In this document: positions 45,048-55,700 of the stretch, one piece after another
How positions within the stretch are numbered: position 1 is the first letter of the stretch
How the letters are laid out: each line of letters opens with the position of its first letter
Assembly (NCBI GenBank): GCA_000002445.1
Contig: CP000067.1
Coordinates: 1,408,001 to 1,472,000, forward strand
DNA: 64,000 nt
Direction: 5' to 3'
Origin: Trypanosoma brucei
Taxonomy: Eukaryota
Position numbers and translations under genes: made by a program
The notes under the pieces: generated by a model
Database searches by the model: none
The model's input: only the letters and a program-made list of their open reading frames with translations
What the model was told of the DNA's origin: nothing

Positions 45048-47555
45048 CTATTGGCAACATTTGTTGCTATTGACCTTGGTTGCAGGGGGACGCCTCAAGT
45101 TTTCATTCTCACGCCTGAGTTCGTTAATTTCCTTCTGAGCATTGGCATTGCGTTCCTCAGCTTCCCTCTCCAAATCAATATACCTTCGCCTCAACTCTTC
45201 AAGCTCCTTCTGGAGAGTTGCTATTTTCTCACGTAGCTCCTCATTTTCTGTATTGATAGCTGTGACAGTCGACCGCAACTCAGCATTTTCGTCACTGTGC
45301 TCCTGCTTCAAAGGGGTACATGCCTTTTGTTCCTCTCGCAGCGAGCTCACTTCGTGCTTTAAATTTTCTATTGTCTTGTGGCTGGCCGTAAGTTCCGCCA
45401 GAAGACTCTTCAATTCATTCTCAGTGGCTTGCTGTGACTCTTTCCACCGAGCTTCCGCTTCTCGCCGTTCTTTCACCGTCCTAGTAAGTGTATCAACTTG
45501 CCTCTGGAGTTCCTCCTCCTTCCTTTTGTCACGACTGTAAGGGTCGACTTTTTCCCTTTTTAGTGACTCAGCAAGGGAAATGGCGGCCTGCTCCTTCTTT
45601 GTGCTTTCGCTTAGACGCGAACGCAGTTGCAAAATCTCATCCTGAAGCCGACCGACCTCAGCGGCACATGCCGCCTTTGCTCCATCGACATCTTCAGCAG
45701 TGTCTGGGCTCTTCTCTTTTGTTTCACCCTTGGTTGCATCCACAGCCTTATTTTGCGACATATACTTCTTGATGTCATCCGTCTGCCGTTTGCACTTCAC
45801 CTTCAGCCGTTCACACCATTCCTTCAGAGATGAAATTTCGTTTTCGGAAGACTCTTTTAGTGCCTTTAGCTCCTTGCGGGTTTCAATCGCTTCTTGTTTG
45901 TACTTCCTCGCCTCCCACCTCAGATGCTCCATTTCCTTTCCGTCGCCGGACGCTCCTTCCGACCTCACGGTTGCTTCGGAAACCGGTTGGCGTTTCGATG
46001 CCGCAGGGGGCTGCCCTTGAGATCGGTTCTTAAGTCCTTTGTTCTCAGAGATAATGCGCTGTATTTCCAGTTGCTGCTCGGCAGATTGCCTCTGAAGTTC
46101 TTCGAACTGATCGACCAACATGTTGTATTTAACAACAAAAGAACCCAGAGCCTCTCTGTCTTGTCCCGTGTTCCCCATTTCCGACCCGGAAGCGTTCATA
46201 TCGCCTGATACGCCTTCGAAAATGCCTTCAAATTCAGGGAGCAACTCGCCTTGCGACGCGCCAGATATCCTTCTGACATTGGACGAAAGCCTCGCATTCT
46301 CATTGTACAGTTCCTGCTGTCTGTCTTTCAAATCTTTGTTCTCTTCTTCAAGTGCTCTAATTTGTTCCGTTGCCATCTTTAGTTCATCCTTTACTTTCTG
46401 CATTGTCTGATTCCTTGTCTCCCTCTGCCTTAGCGTTCGAAGTTCCGCCTCCACTTCAGCTGTCTTTCTCTGCAACTCCTCTACACTTGCTTTGTACGTG
46501 TCTGCTCGTTTGGCAAACATCCGCTTCGCCTTAGCCTCATTGTCCGCTCGTTCCGACTCCACCCGAAACCTCATCTCCGCCTCTTGTTGAGCCTGTTTGA
46601 GGCTCTTCATTTCTCCCCTCAGCGCGAGGGCATCCTCTTGCGCCCGCTGCAACTTTGTCACAATATCACTTAAACGCTCCGGCCTGGACCTCGTTGAGGT
46701 TGCGACATCAGTCACTGGAGCTGTTGTAGTGGTAGCGGAGTTATTGGCGCCGGGAGGCTCATCCCCTCGAACGTGGGTTGTGCTCCCTTTGGGAGTAAGC
46801 TTGTCTCCAGAAGTTAAATGCACGTCAGCTGCCGTCGCCAGTGCCTGGGGAAACTTCCCCACCGCTGCGGTTGACGGTTTAGTCAATGCCTTCGACCCTG
46901 CCTCCGTTCCCGCTCTTTGCGGGCCTAATAGCTTTGTCACCGATTTGATATCTGCTGAAGCCCTCATCCGGTCACCAACGGTATCCCCACTGTCCGTACA
47001 AGTTCGATTGGCTATATCTGACGCCAGTGGTCTTTGCCCCCCGCGGTGTGAAAACTCGGTGCTGCTACGGTTGTTCAGGTTTTGGCTTGTTCTCTGTCTC
47101 TGACGGGCGGCAGCCTCTTCTACCCCACGCCGAATAGCTTCCTCCGCCTCCAGTCGTTCCCTCTCAATCTCCCTGGCCTCGCGCTGCAGCAGCTCAACTA
47201 TCTGTTCATCTGTCATGTGCTTGACCACCTCGGAACGCTCTACAGAACGTAAGCGCAACCAATCATCATGTTCAGCTCTTTCCATCTTCGACCGGGCCGC
47301 GCGCTCACGTTCGATTTGCATACAACGGACGACCCGCTGCTTCCGAAATAATTCGTCAGAGGTTTGTGCCTCGTCACGAACGCTCGAGCGACAGCTCACA
47401 CGACCACTGTGGCGAGAGTTAGGGCTGCTTGCGCGATCGGAAATAACCAAGCTGTGTCTATGGGAGTAGTCTACAATCTTCATAGAGCTATCTGGAGAAA
47501 CATTCAGCTCAACTACCGTTGAAGGACTAACAGCCATGAAATCTTCGACCTCCAT
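45048..47555 (-). CDS. Large coiled-coil protein (~835 aa), probably cytoskeletal or flagellar. The track start is TTG; the first ATG is at 47555.
   Basis: The C-terminal ~600 aa are almost entirely heptad-pattern E/K/R/L/Q-rich helix (…LRTLRQRETRNQTMQKVKDELKMATEQIRALEEENKDLKDRQQELYNENARL…). Confidence 0.55.
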   Translation of the reverse strand: MEVEDFMAVSPSTVVELNVSPDSSMKIVDYSHRHSLVISDRASSPNSRHSGRVSCRSSVRDEAQTSDELFRKQRVVRCMQIERERAARSKMERAEHDDWLRLRSVERSEVVKHMTDEQIVELLQREAREIERERLEAEEAIRRGVEEAAARQRQRTSQNLNNRSSTEFSHRGGQRPLASDIANRTCTDSGDTVGDRMRASADIKSVTKLLGPQRAGTEAGSKALTKPSTAAVGKFPQALATAADVHLTSGDKLTPKGSTTHVRGDEPPGANNSATTTTAPVTDVATSTRSRPERLSDIVTKLQRAQEDALALRGEMKSLKQAQQEAEMRFRVESERADNEAKAKRMFAKRADTYKASVEELQRKTAEVEAELRTLRQRETRNQTMQKVKDELKMATEQIRALEEENKDLKDRQQELYNENARLSSNVRRISGASQGELLPEFEGIFEGVSGDMNASGSEMGNTGQDREALGSFVVKYNMLVDQFEELQRQSAEQQLEIQRIISENKGLKNRSQGQPPAASKRQPVSEATVRSEGASGDGKEMEHLRWEARKYKQEAIETRKELKALKESSENEISSLKEWCERLKVKCKRQTDDIKKYMSQNKAVDATKGETKEKSPDTAEDVDGAKAACAAEVGRLQDEILQLRSRLSESTKKEQAAISLAESLKREKVDPYSRDKRKEEELQRQVDTLTRTVKERREAEARWKESQQATENELKSLLAELTASHKTIENLKHEVSSLREEQKACTPLKQEHSDENAELRSTVTAINTENEELREKIATLQKELEELRRRYIDLEREAEERNANAQKEINELRRENENLRRPPATKVNSNKCCQ

Positions 47556-48392
47556 ATTCCCCTGCAATGTCCTCAGCCTAACCCCAGCACTCCTTTAATG
47601 TTTCAGAAACCGTTTTTATCTCTCCTCTCACTGTCGCTCACTTGGCGGTGTACAATAACTGATGTGTCGAAAAAAGAAAAGGCCACCTTAACGATACGCT
47701 TCGTGTGCTCCACTTGTGGGGTTGTACCGCTGGCCAATGGAAAAGCTCAAAAGGTGGAGAAGACACAGCTGCCTCGCAATGGCAAAAATCACGTTAGTTT
47801 TCGATACTGGAAACTCGATAGTATATCCTGTGCGCCGCCGTACAACTTCCTCCGCACTGGGAAGATCAATGCACACGCTGCAAGCTAGAATCCTCGCAAG
47901 TTGTTCTGTCTGCTTGTTATACGATAAATACTTACAAAAAGTCGAAAACGGGGAATACTGAAAGGGATCGCAGATGAGAATTGTGAAAAAAAAAAACGTA
48001 TAGGACACACTCCGAGGCAAGCGAAGACTTCTAATCTGTAAGTTCCTCAGGTGAGCGACGACAGTGAAAAAGAAGGAAAATAACGCGGCACATTTTGCAC
48101 GGCAACCCTCGAGCCCCCAAGCATCTTTTTCTTCACTACGCTGGTAAGGCTACTACAACCCGCTAGCATCGTTGAGTTATCCGTCCGCTCGTTAAGTTGC
48201 TCACACTCACAACCACATAAACAAATAAACCTTTAAATACAACACAAACCCCCAACTACAGTAGTTGCAAAACCAAGACTCACACCTTCGTTGGATGCGC
48301 TGTACGAGCCAATGTGGATGGCGCTGCACAGGGCAAGGAAAACAAAATCGGTTGAAGGCCCCTACAACTTGCAGTCGAAGCGCCTCTAAGCT

Positions 48393-50429
48393 TTAAACTG
48401 CAGCAGAGGCAATATGGGCAAGTAAAGTGCTTCCTCCGACTATGCCATCTGCATGAACGCAAAACTTCACCTCTCCGTCACATGATGCCTTCACAACATG
48501 CTCCATTTTCATCGCCTCAAGTATAAGTATTGCCTGACCCTGCCGCACAAGCGTACCATCGGCAACGAGCAGCTTTGTGACCTTCCCAGGCATAGGGCTG
48601 AGCACGGACGCGGAGCCGTTGGCCTGAGCAGAAGTACTCCCAAAGTCTGTGGCCAGAGGTTGCAGGGCCAACGTGTAGAAACCCTGCGGCAGTGCTACAG
48701 TTACCTCGCTGTCGGTGACAAATGACGTGAAACCAAACCGTGTTTCTCCGTCCACCGTAACCCTAATGAAGGTAGAAGAATCCGGCATGTTGGTCGTGCT
48801 CTCAACATAGACTGTCACAGAACTGCTGTCAAAGTCGCAGGTGAAACACATCTTTGTGGAGACAGTGACACGAACGACAACAGGGTTTCCACCCACAGTA
48901 AAGCAGACACCCTGAAATATCTGGCGGTTCGGCCAAAACAACGTAGACGCGCCTCTTTGCGAGCAGAGATACGACACAGCCGCTAGTGCCAAAACATTAT
49001 TTGGGATTTCCCTTGGTTGGAGCAAATTAACGCTGTTATCTTCAATAAACCTAGTTGTCACGCCCCCCTCGACGAAGCCGGGGTTCGAGAGGCAGCGCTG
49101 AAGAAAGTCAATATTTGTCTCCACACCCACAATGTGATAAGAAGCCAGTGCCGTCCGCCGACCCTCGAGGGCGGCGGCGCGGTTGTCACCCCACACAACC
49201 AATTTTGCGATCATAGGATCGTAGTGAACTAACACGTCGTCACCGGCACGGAAACCCGTGTCCAAGTGCACCTTTACAGTACCTCGGTTGCCTTGGGGAG
49301 GCTCTTTAAGGTAACGTAGCCGGCCACCCACGGGAAGGAACCCATTCCTCGGCGATTCGGCGTAAATACGAGCCTCGACGCTGGCTCCGCTCATAGAAAT
49401 GTCCTCCTGACGGAATCCCAGAGGAAGGCCCATTGCCGTTTGCAACTGCAGCCGCACGAGATCCAATGGCCTCCCCCTCACCTGACACACCTGCTCCGTC
49501 ACCGGGTGTTCCACCTGAAGGCGAGTATTCATCTCCATGAAGAAAAATTCGTCTTTCTCAGTGTCAAATATGAACTCCACCGTACCGGCTCCGACGTATC
49601 CGACAGCCCTTGCTGCCGTCAAAGCTACGTCGCCGATTCGACGGCGCATGTCCACGCTGAGACCTGGCGCCGGGGCCTCTTCAATAACCTTCTGGTGGCG
49701 CCTTCGGACGCTGCAATCTCTCTCAAAGAAGAAAACACCATTGTCAAAACTATCGAAAAAAATTTGGCATTCAATGTGGCGGGGGTGCATTACGTATCAT
49801 TCCAAAATAACGCGATCATCCTTAAAGAAGTTAATGGCCTCACGCTTGGCGCTCTCAAGCATGAGGTGGAACTCAGTCTCTTCCATCACAATCTTCATCC
49901 CCTTTCCGCCACCGCCGGAAACAGCCTTGATCAGGACCGGAAAGCCAATAGTTTTGGCCTCATGTAACAGCCGATCGGGGTTTTGATCTTCTCCGTAGTA
50001 GCCAGGCACGATGGGCACACCAGCCGCTTCCACGATGCGCTTGCCCTCACTCTTGGAGCCCATTGACAACATGGCGGCCGGCGGTGGTCCTACAAACTTC
50101 AGCCCCGCTGCCAAAACCGCCGGAGCGAACTCAGCGTTTTCGGAAAGAAATCCGTAACCCGGGTGGGCAACGGCAGCTTGCAGTTTTTTCGCTGCGCATA
50201 TGATGCGGTCGCCTCGCAGATAGGACGTGGACGCTGGGGGTGGGCCCAAGACGAATGCCTCATCGGCCTCCACCACGTGCTTCGCGTTGTGTTCACCCTC
50301 ACAACAAACGGCTACCGTACGGATGTTCATTTCGCGACAGGTACGGAATACTCTGCACGCAATCTCTCCATGGTTGGCGACCAGGACTTTTTTAAAGTCT
50401 CCATGGTGGAACACGTTGTATCGGAGCAT
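48393..50429 (-). pseudogene. Biotin-dependent acyl-CoA carboxylase alpha subunit (3-methylcrotonyl-CoA carboxylase alpha-like: biotin carboxylase + BCCP). An in-frame TGA at 49797-49799 interrupts it, so it is a pseudogene or a sequencing error.
   Basis: The upstream ORF (49797-50612) carries the BC N-domain (KVLVANHGEIACRVFRTC…GYGFLSENAEFA…GFPVLIKAVSGGGGKGMKIV). The downstream ORF (48393-49790) continues in the same frame with the ATP-grasp and C-domain (PRHIECQIFFD…ERDCSVRRRHQKVIEEAPAP…EMNTRLQVEHPVTE) and ends with the biotinylation motif EAMKMEH. The junction reads DDRVILE-TGA-YVMHPRHIE, where homologues have …IEK(F/Y)I…PRHIE. Confidence 0.6.
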
Positions 50430-50620
50430 CCCCAGAAGAGTGATAACGACCAGAACAAGTGAATGCAATGTGGGGGATAGAAAAAAGTACAGAACAGCAC
50501 ACGAAGAGAACCCCCCTTGAGCCCAACTATCCCGATGATGCTTCAAGCGGAGTGGTTCACACCACTCGTCTTGTTGCAGAAGTTGGCTGTTTCCTTCCTC
50601 GGCCACATTCATTTCACTCC

Positions 50621-51777
50621 TTACTTAGGCAATTGAGAGAACGCGCTCTCTGTATGCGCATGGTCTTCCCCATCGATAATTGGAAGAACAGCCAAAAAAT
50701 GCTCAGCATCCCTTAGATCTCTCGCGAGTATGGCCGCCCGCTTCGCTAGCGCGTCCTGTTCCACCTCTCTCAAGAGGCGAGGAACGTTACCGCGGTGGTA
50801 CTTCTTCCCGTAAAAGGCCCGGCAGAGCGCCGACGCCTCCTCCACACCACATCGCGCCCGATCACCCCGCCACTCAAATGGATCAACAGGGAGCAGGCCA
50901 TCGCCCAACACGCTCACTTTTACATCGCGGGCAGAGTCTTTTATTGCTGGTGTGGTGGCTGGAACGATCAAGACGCGGGAGGACTTGCTGGTACTGCTCC
51001 CTAGCACCTCTTGGATAGCTGGATGTAGTGCTATAGAGTGGAGATCTTGAATTTCCCTCCGGGCTTTTCTAATGAGCCTCCATGTAATGGCATTATCAGC
51101 ATGCCACATGTGAATTACCAACCCTGATCCCACAACGATTACTACATCAGCTGCTCCAAAGATTCTTTCCGTGGTCTGCCTTCCCCCCGGGGAGACGCCT
51201 GTCTCTTCGTCAAATAACACCGCCAGCCGGTCGGGATCGTCCGCAATCACGAGCGAGGCAAGTGAGGTTCCTTTAGCGGTCGTGATGATGGCCTCAGCCT
51301 CTGTTTCAAGGCCATACATCTTCTGCAAGCTCCAAGCCCCACTTCCATCACCTGTCTCAAATGCATCAAAAGCTTCCGTCTCCCAACTGATGTCACCACC
51401 GAACCGTAAGTACTCGGTGCGCAGTGTGCGCTGCAGTGCACCCTCCGCGCAATGGTACACCGACTCACCATCTGCACAACCAGGAAAATACTGCCTTCCC
51501 TAATCGTCTCCAAGTCTGGCCCAACAAAACGCCAACCTTTAGCCTTTTGAAGAATCCTCTCGACCTTGGCATTAGTGCAGCCGAGGTCCCTTAGGAGTTT
51601 CAGTGTTTGGCTTGTAATCACGCAACGTCTCCTGTTGTTGAGCTCATGGCTGAGATCAAGCCGTTTCTCGACTAACTGGACATTAAACTCCCTCCACCGC
51701 ATGCCTATCCCCATCGCATACGCGCCTACACCGCTGCCAACGAGCAGGACCTTACCCCACGGTTTCACAGCGTACAT
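50621..51777 (-). pseudogene. Rossmann-fold (GxGxxG) FAD/NAD(P)-binding oxidoreductase-like gene that appears split by a frameshift near 51460-51510
   Basis: The upstream frame (51247-51966; first ATG at 51777: MYAVKPWGKVLLVGSGVGAYAMGIGM…) carries a dinucleotide-binding motif. It overlaps by ~210 nt a second frame (50621-51460, opening just after a TAG at ~51510) that encodes …AADVVIVVGSGLV…VSVLGDGLL…. Genes in a trypanosome transcription unit do not normally overlap like this. Confidence 0.4.
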
Positions 51778-52069
51778 CACTACCCGTAACGACAAAAAGA
51801 ACGAAAGGGACAACACATAAGCACGCGCACATATATGCACATACATGAACATTATCAAGCGGAATTGGGCAACAGGAAGTATTTGCGCCACCTCGTTTCG
51901 GAAAAGGATACACGACAACAACACAATTATCCTGCCATCCCCAAGTCTCCCATTTCCACAAGGCAAAACGAATGCTCAGAAAGAAATTTAAAGCAAAAGA
52001 AACATCTCCCAGCCAGCTACCACCGCACAGCCTGCATCATCTGCCATAGCAATTTCCACAGCTCCTCTA

Positions 52070-52420
52070 TCAAGATCTGATCTCTTGCACGACAATCAAA
52101 ACATACTGCTTGTCTACGTCTGGTGCTATCAGTATTTCGGTCAACCCGAGACCCATACGAAGGAAGGTTAGGTCATCCTTCCAGTCAATAGTACGGATGG
52201 TGGAGGCTGCCAACGCTGTGAAGCCATTTATTTTATCTGCATACTTTTTGACTTTCCGTTCATCTGATGAAAAACCTGAATACCTCATAACTCGCCCATC
52301 TGCAGGGTTCAGCACAAGATATCCAACAACACCCTCATGCTTGGCGATGCGGAGCAGTACTTCCTCCACAGATTTGATTCGCCGCTCACGCTCGTTGGTA
52401 GTTGATGCGTTAAATTCCAT
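52070..52420 (-). CDS. Dynein light chain roadblock/LC7, 116 aa. The track start is GTG; ATG at 52420.
   Basis: VEEVLLRIAKHEGVVGYLVLNPADGRVMRYSG…TIRTIDWKDDLTFLRMGLGLTEILIAPDVDKQYVLIVVQ aligns with roadblock/LC7 ([30 protein letters not shown]…[37 protein letters not shown]). Confidence 0.75.
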   Translation of the reverse strand: MEFNASTTNERERRIKSVEEVLLRIAKHEGVVGYLVLNPADGRVMRYSGFSSDERKVKKYADKINGFTALAASTIRTIDWKDDLTFLRMGLGLTEILIAPDVDKQYVLIVVQEIRS

Positions 52421-52754
52421 TCGCTTCACAGCACCACTACTTTCCAGCTAAAGCAACAACAACAACAATTACTTTAAAAAAAAAAAGAAAGCGCTTGTGC
52501 AGAAGATAGAAGTTAGTAGCACACGGGTAAGCACACAGGCCACAATTGCAAGGCCCTAGTGGGGCAAATTTTTCTGATGACGTTAGTTCACTGATAGTAT
52601 ATGCTCTAAAATACATGAACCACCGTGTCACGAAATGGAGCGCAACTCTCTAGTTTCCAACTTGCTACATAATACTTCCTTCTGCCACTTGTCCGAATAA
52701 CGCCGACTTCTGCCTCACTTGCCCCCCCTCGCCAGTGTCAGCAGGGCACCGCCA

Positions 52755-55700
52755 TCATCTGGCGGTCCTCCTCGTAACAACAGCAAATGAGGGAAATGTG
52801 GCCTCACGCAAGCGATCTACCTCGTTTTTAAGGCGAACAAGTTCCTCTTGCTGGCAGCGAGCCAACTCCTCAAGTTCACTATTCTCGTATAGTTCCCTCA
52901 TCCTCTCACGGAGACGATCTTTATCATTGTTGTGTTCCCCAAGCATACCCCATACAGCTTTCTTATCCTCAACGCTGTTTGTCAGAGCTTGGACTTGGTT
53001 GTTCAGGTACTGGTTCTCCGCGCGTCTGTCGTTAATTTGCATTTTTAGCTTTGATATGACCCGGTTACGCTCCTCAACCTTCTTTGACATGACACTTCGA
53101 ACAGCCTCGATTCGTGCATCCATCTTGTTTATTTCCCTTTCGAGAGACGTTACAGCGCCGGTATGGATGGTCTCCTGCATCTGCCGAGTCACTCTTAATG
53201 TGTGCAACTGCCGTAATTCCATTTCTAGCGTTCCAATGCAGTATAACAGACGTTCTGTTTCCCAAGAGCATGTTTTCATAGACTGCCGAAGTTGTGATGA
53301 ACGACTCATAAGGGATCGTATTTCGTCAAAGCTAGCGAAGATAAGGTCGTTGTAATCTGTAATGTTCTTCACCCATCGAATGGAGAAGTCGGTGAAATCA
53401 TCGCTCACCATAGCGTTCTCATCCTGCACCTGTCCTTGCTGCAGCGTGTATAAGTTTTGTATGTCGAGTACCTTCTCTATGACTTCTTTTCTACATGCCT
53501 CCTCGGCCTTTTCCTTGTCGTCAAGTGCAAACTGTGCCTTCTTTTTTTCCGTCTCAACCTCCACCACTTCATCATTGAGTGCGTCTGCTTCGCCTCTAAG
53601 GTGAATTATTTTATCCCTTGCCTCCACGACTGCCCTACAGCACTGGCAGTACTGTTCCCATAGTGGAATAGGAACCACACCCGAGCGAGTGGGTTCCGGG
53701 ACCTTAGCTAGGCCATCCTCGTACTTGGAACGCCAAGTCGTGAAGCGCCTGTTCAGTCTCTCTCCCCAATCCGGATCTGTGAATGGGGGCAAACAGCGCA
53801 TGTCCGTAATCATGTTCTTTTCTTCTTCAATGCAGTCCTGCACCCTCGCCTCCGAGGCCAAATACAATTTCAGGCGGTACTCGTAAAGACTATCCAATTG
53901 CCTCAACCGGCACAGAAGGTCCTCCTCCTCTCGCTTGACACCCAGAAACTTATTGCGGATCGTTTTCTTGAGTAGAAACAGACACAGCGCATTCACCTGG
54001 TGTAGCTCCAGCTCGTCCACGAGTTGAGCGACTAGCATACGGTCAGTTCTTAGCACGTCAATCTCATCATCTATTGCTTTCGCAGAAGTCATGTTAGCTT
54101 TCACCAATGCTGCAACTTCCCCTCGCAGTAACTCTTTCTTCTCATTGATCAACACAGTTTGTTCTGCAACCTCTTTTTCATACTCCTCAAATATTCTCTG
54201 TTGCTCATCACTCCGCTCTTCAGGCGGTACATATTGCTCGAGTGAGTTGTCAGCGAATGGGGGAATCGGCACGTTGACGCGAAGAACCTCGGTGACTTTC
54301 TCGAGGCCATCCATCCAGGTCTTTAAAGCAGCTTCATCGGAAGGGGAAACTACAAGCTCCCCATCGTCACTTTTGACGGCTAGTTTGAGGAGTTCAGGGT
54401 CAATCTCAGAGTCAAAAACCTCAAAGACAGTTTGGGGGTCTTCCTCTATATCAAAAACAGGAGTGAATAAAACATTTGGTGGACACGTGTGCTCTCCCAG
54501 CTGCTGCATGATGCGAACGCAACGTCCGTTCCTTTCCGCAATGAGATTCAGCTCTCGGCTCTTGCGCTCCCGCAAGGTGTCAAACCGGATGTTGAATGAC
54601 TTTTTTTCGTGAAGAATTTTACATTCTAGCAAAATCAACTGTATGGTCGCGCGAGGGCCGGTGTAGACGTCCAAAGTGTCATAAAGCAATTCGTCTACAT
54701 CACTGGGGGGCCCGCAAACCTGCTGCTCCGTGCATAAGTTCCCCTCCTTAGCCCTTTTAACTAGTGATGACAACGTAAAGCACTCCTCAGTCTTTATCTG
54801 TATAGCCCTCATCAGTTTGATTTTTTTCTGTATTTTTGCTCGTTGGGCACAAGGTTTTCGCAGATGGAAGTTGTGAACTTCCGTTTCGGGATCTGTCATG
54901 CTCACGATTTTCGAGCGTTGCACCTCCATGACGTCCCAACATTCAGTTTTGATCGTGTGTTGCACGAACTCATTGTGAACCAGGCTGTAGTAGTCATCCT
55001 CCCTTGCCTTGTGGATCTCCATCTCACATTCCTCGTTAAACGCTTGTCGTTGTTCAGGCAAAAGGAAGTCTTCTGCGCGCACAGTTGGGGTCCTTTCCTG
55101 GAGCAGCTTCTCTACTTCCATCCTCAGGTCGGCCAGAGCCGATATTATACGGCAGCGCGACCGTTCTGCTGAAAGTGTTTCAGCATCACTTGGAGAACTT
55201 GCACGACTCGGTGATGTTGAGATAGCTCTTTGGTGCCAGAAGGGTTCACTCCATGAATAGTGGATAGGTGATTTCCCAACGGGAACTAAATGAACAACAC
55301 TATCGTTTCCTCCACAGACAAACCCTCCGGCAGCATTCCACACCGAGAGGCACGTAATACCGCCCCTACCAAATGGTCGTAACAAAAATTCCTTAAGTGG
55401 GTGTTTCTTTTCTTTCGTCGGTGGCACAGGAGGTAATTTCATCAAGTAGTGTGAGATATCCCTTACAACTACTCTGCCATCTCCTCCTGCGGAAATGATG
55501 CTATCCCCTCCAAGACGCTGCAGCACATTGCCACCGCATTCATGATCACGCATAAGGAAGTAAGGCCTCAGGGGCTTACTCTCCTTTACTCGCTGCCGCT
55601 CCAGGGCGTACATCTTGGTGTCTTTGTCCACCGAGTGGACGAAGATGTTGATCACATCGCCGTCACCGTAGAGAGGCAGAAAGTCGTTAACCGGGAAGTC

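Noticed and set aside
49797-49799. Stop-codon reassignment (TGA read as a sense codon, as in Blastocrithidia) to explain the in-frame TGA
   Set aside because: No other gene in the window contains in-frame stops. All other ORFs end at single conventional stops, so a global code change is not supported. A point mutation or sequencing error is more parsimonious.
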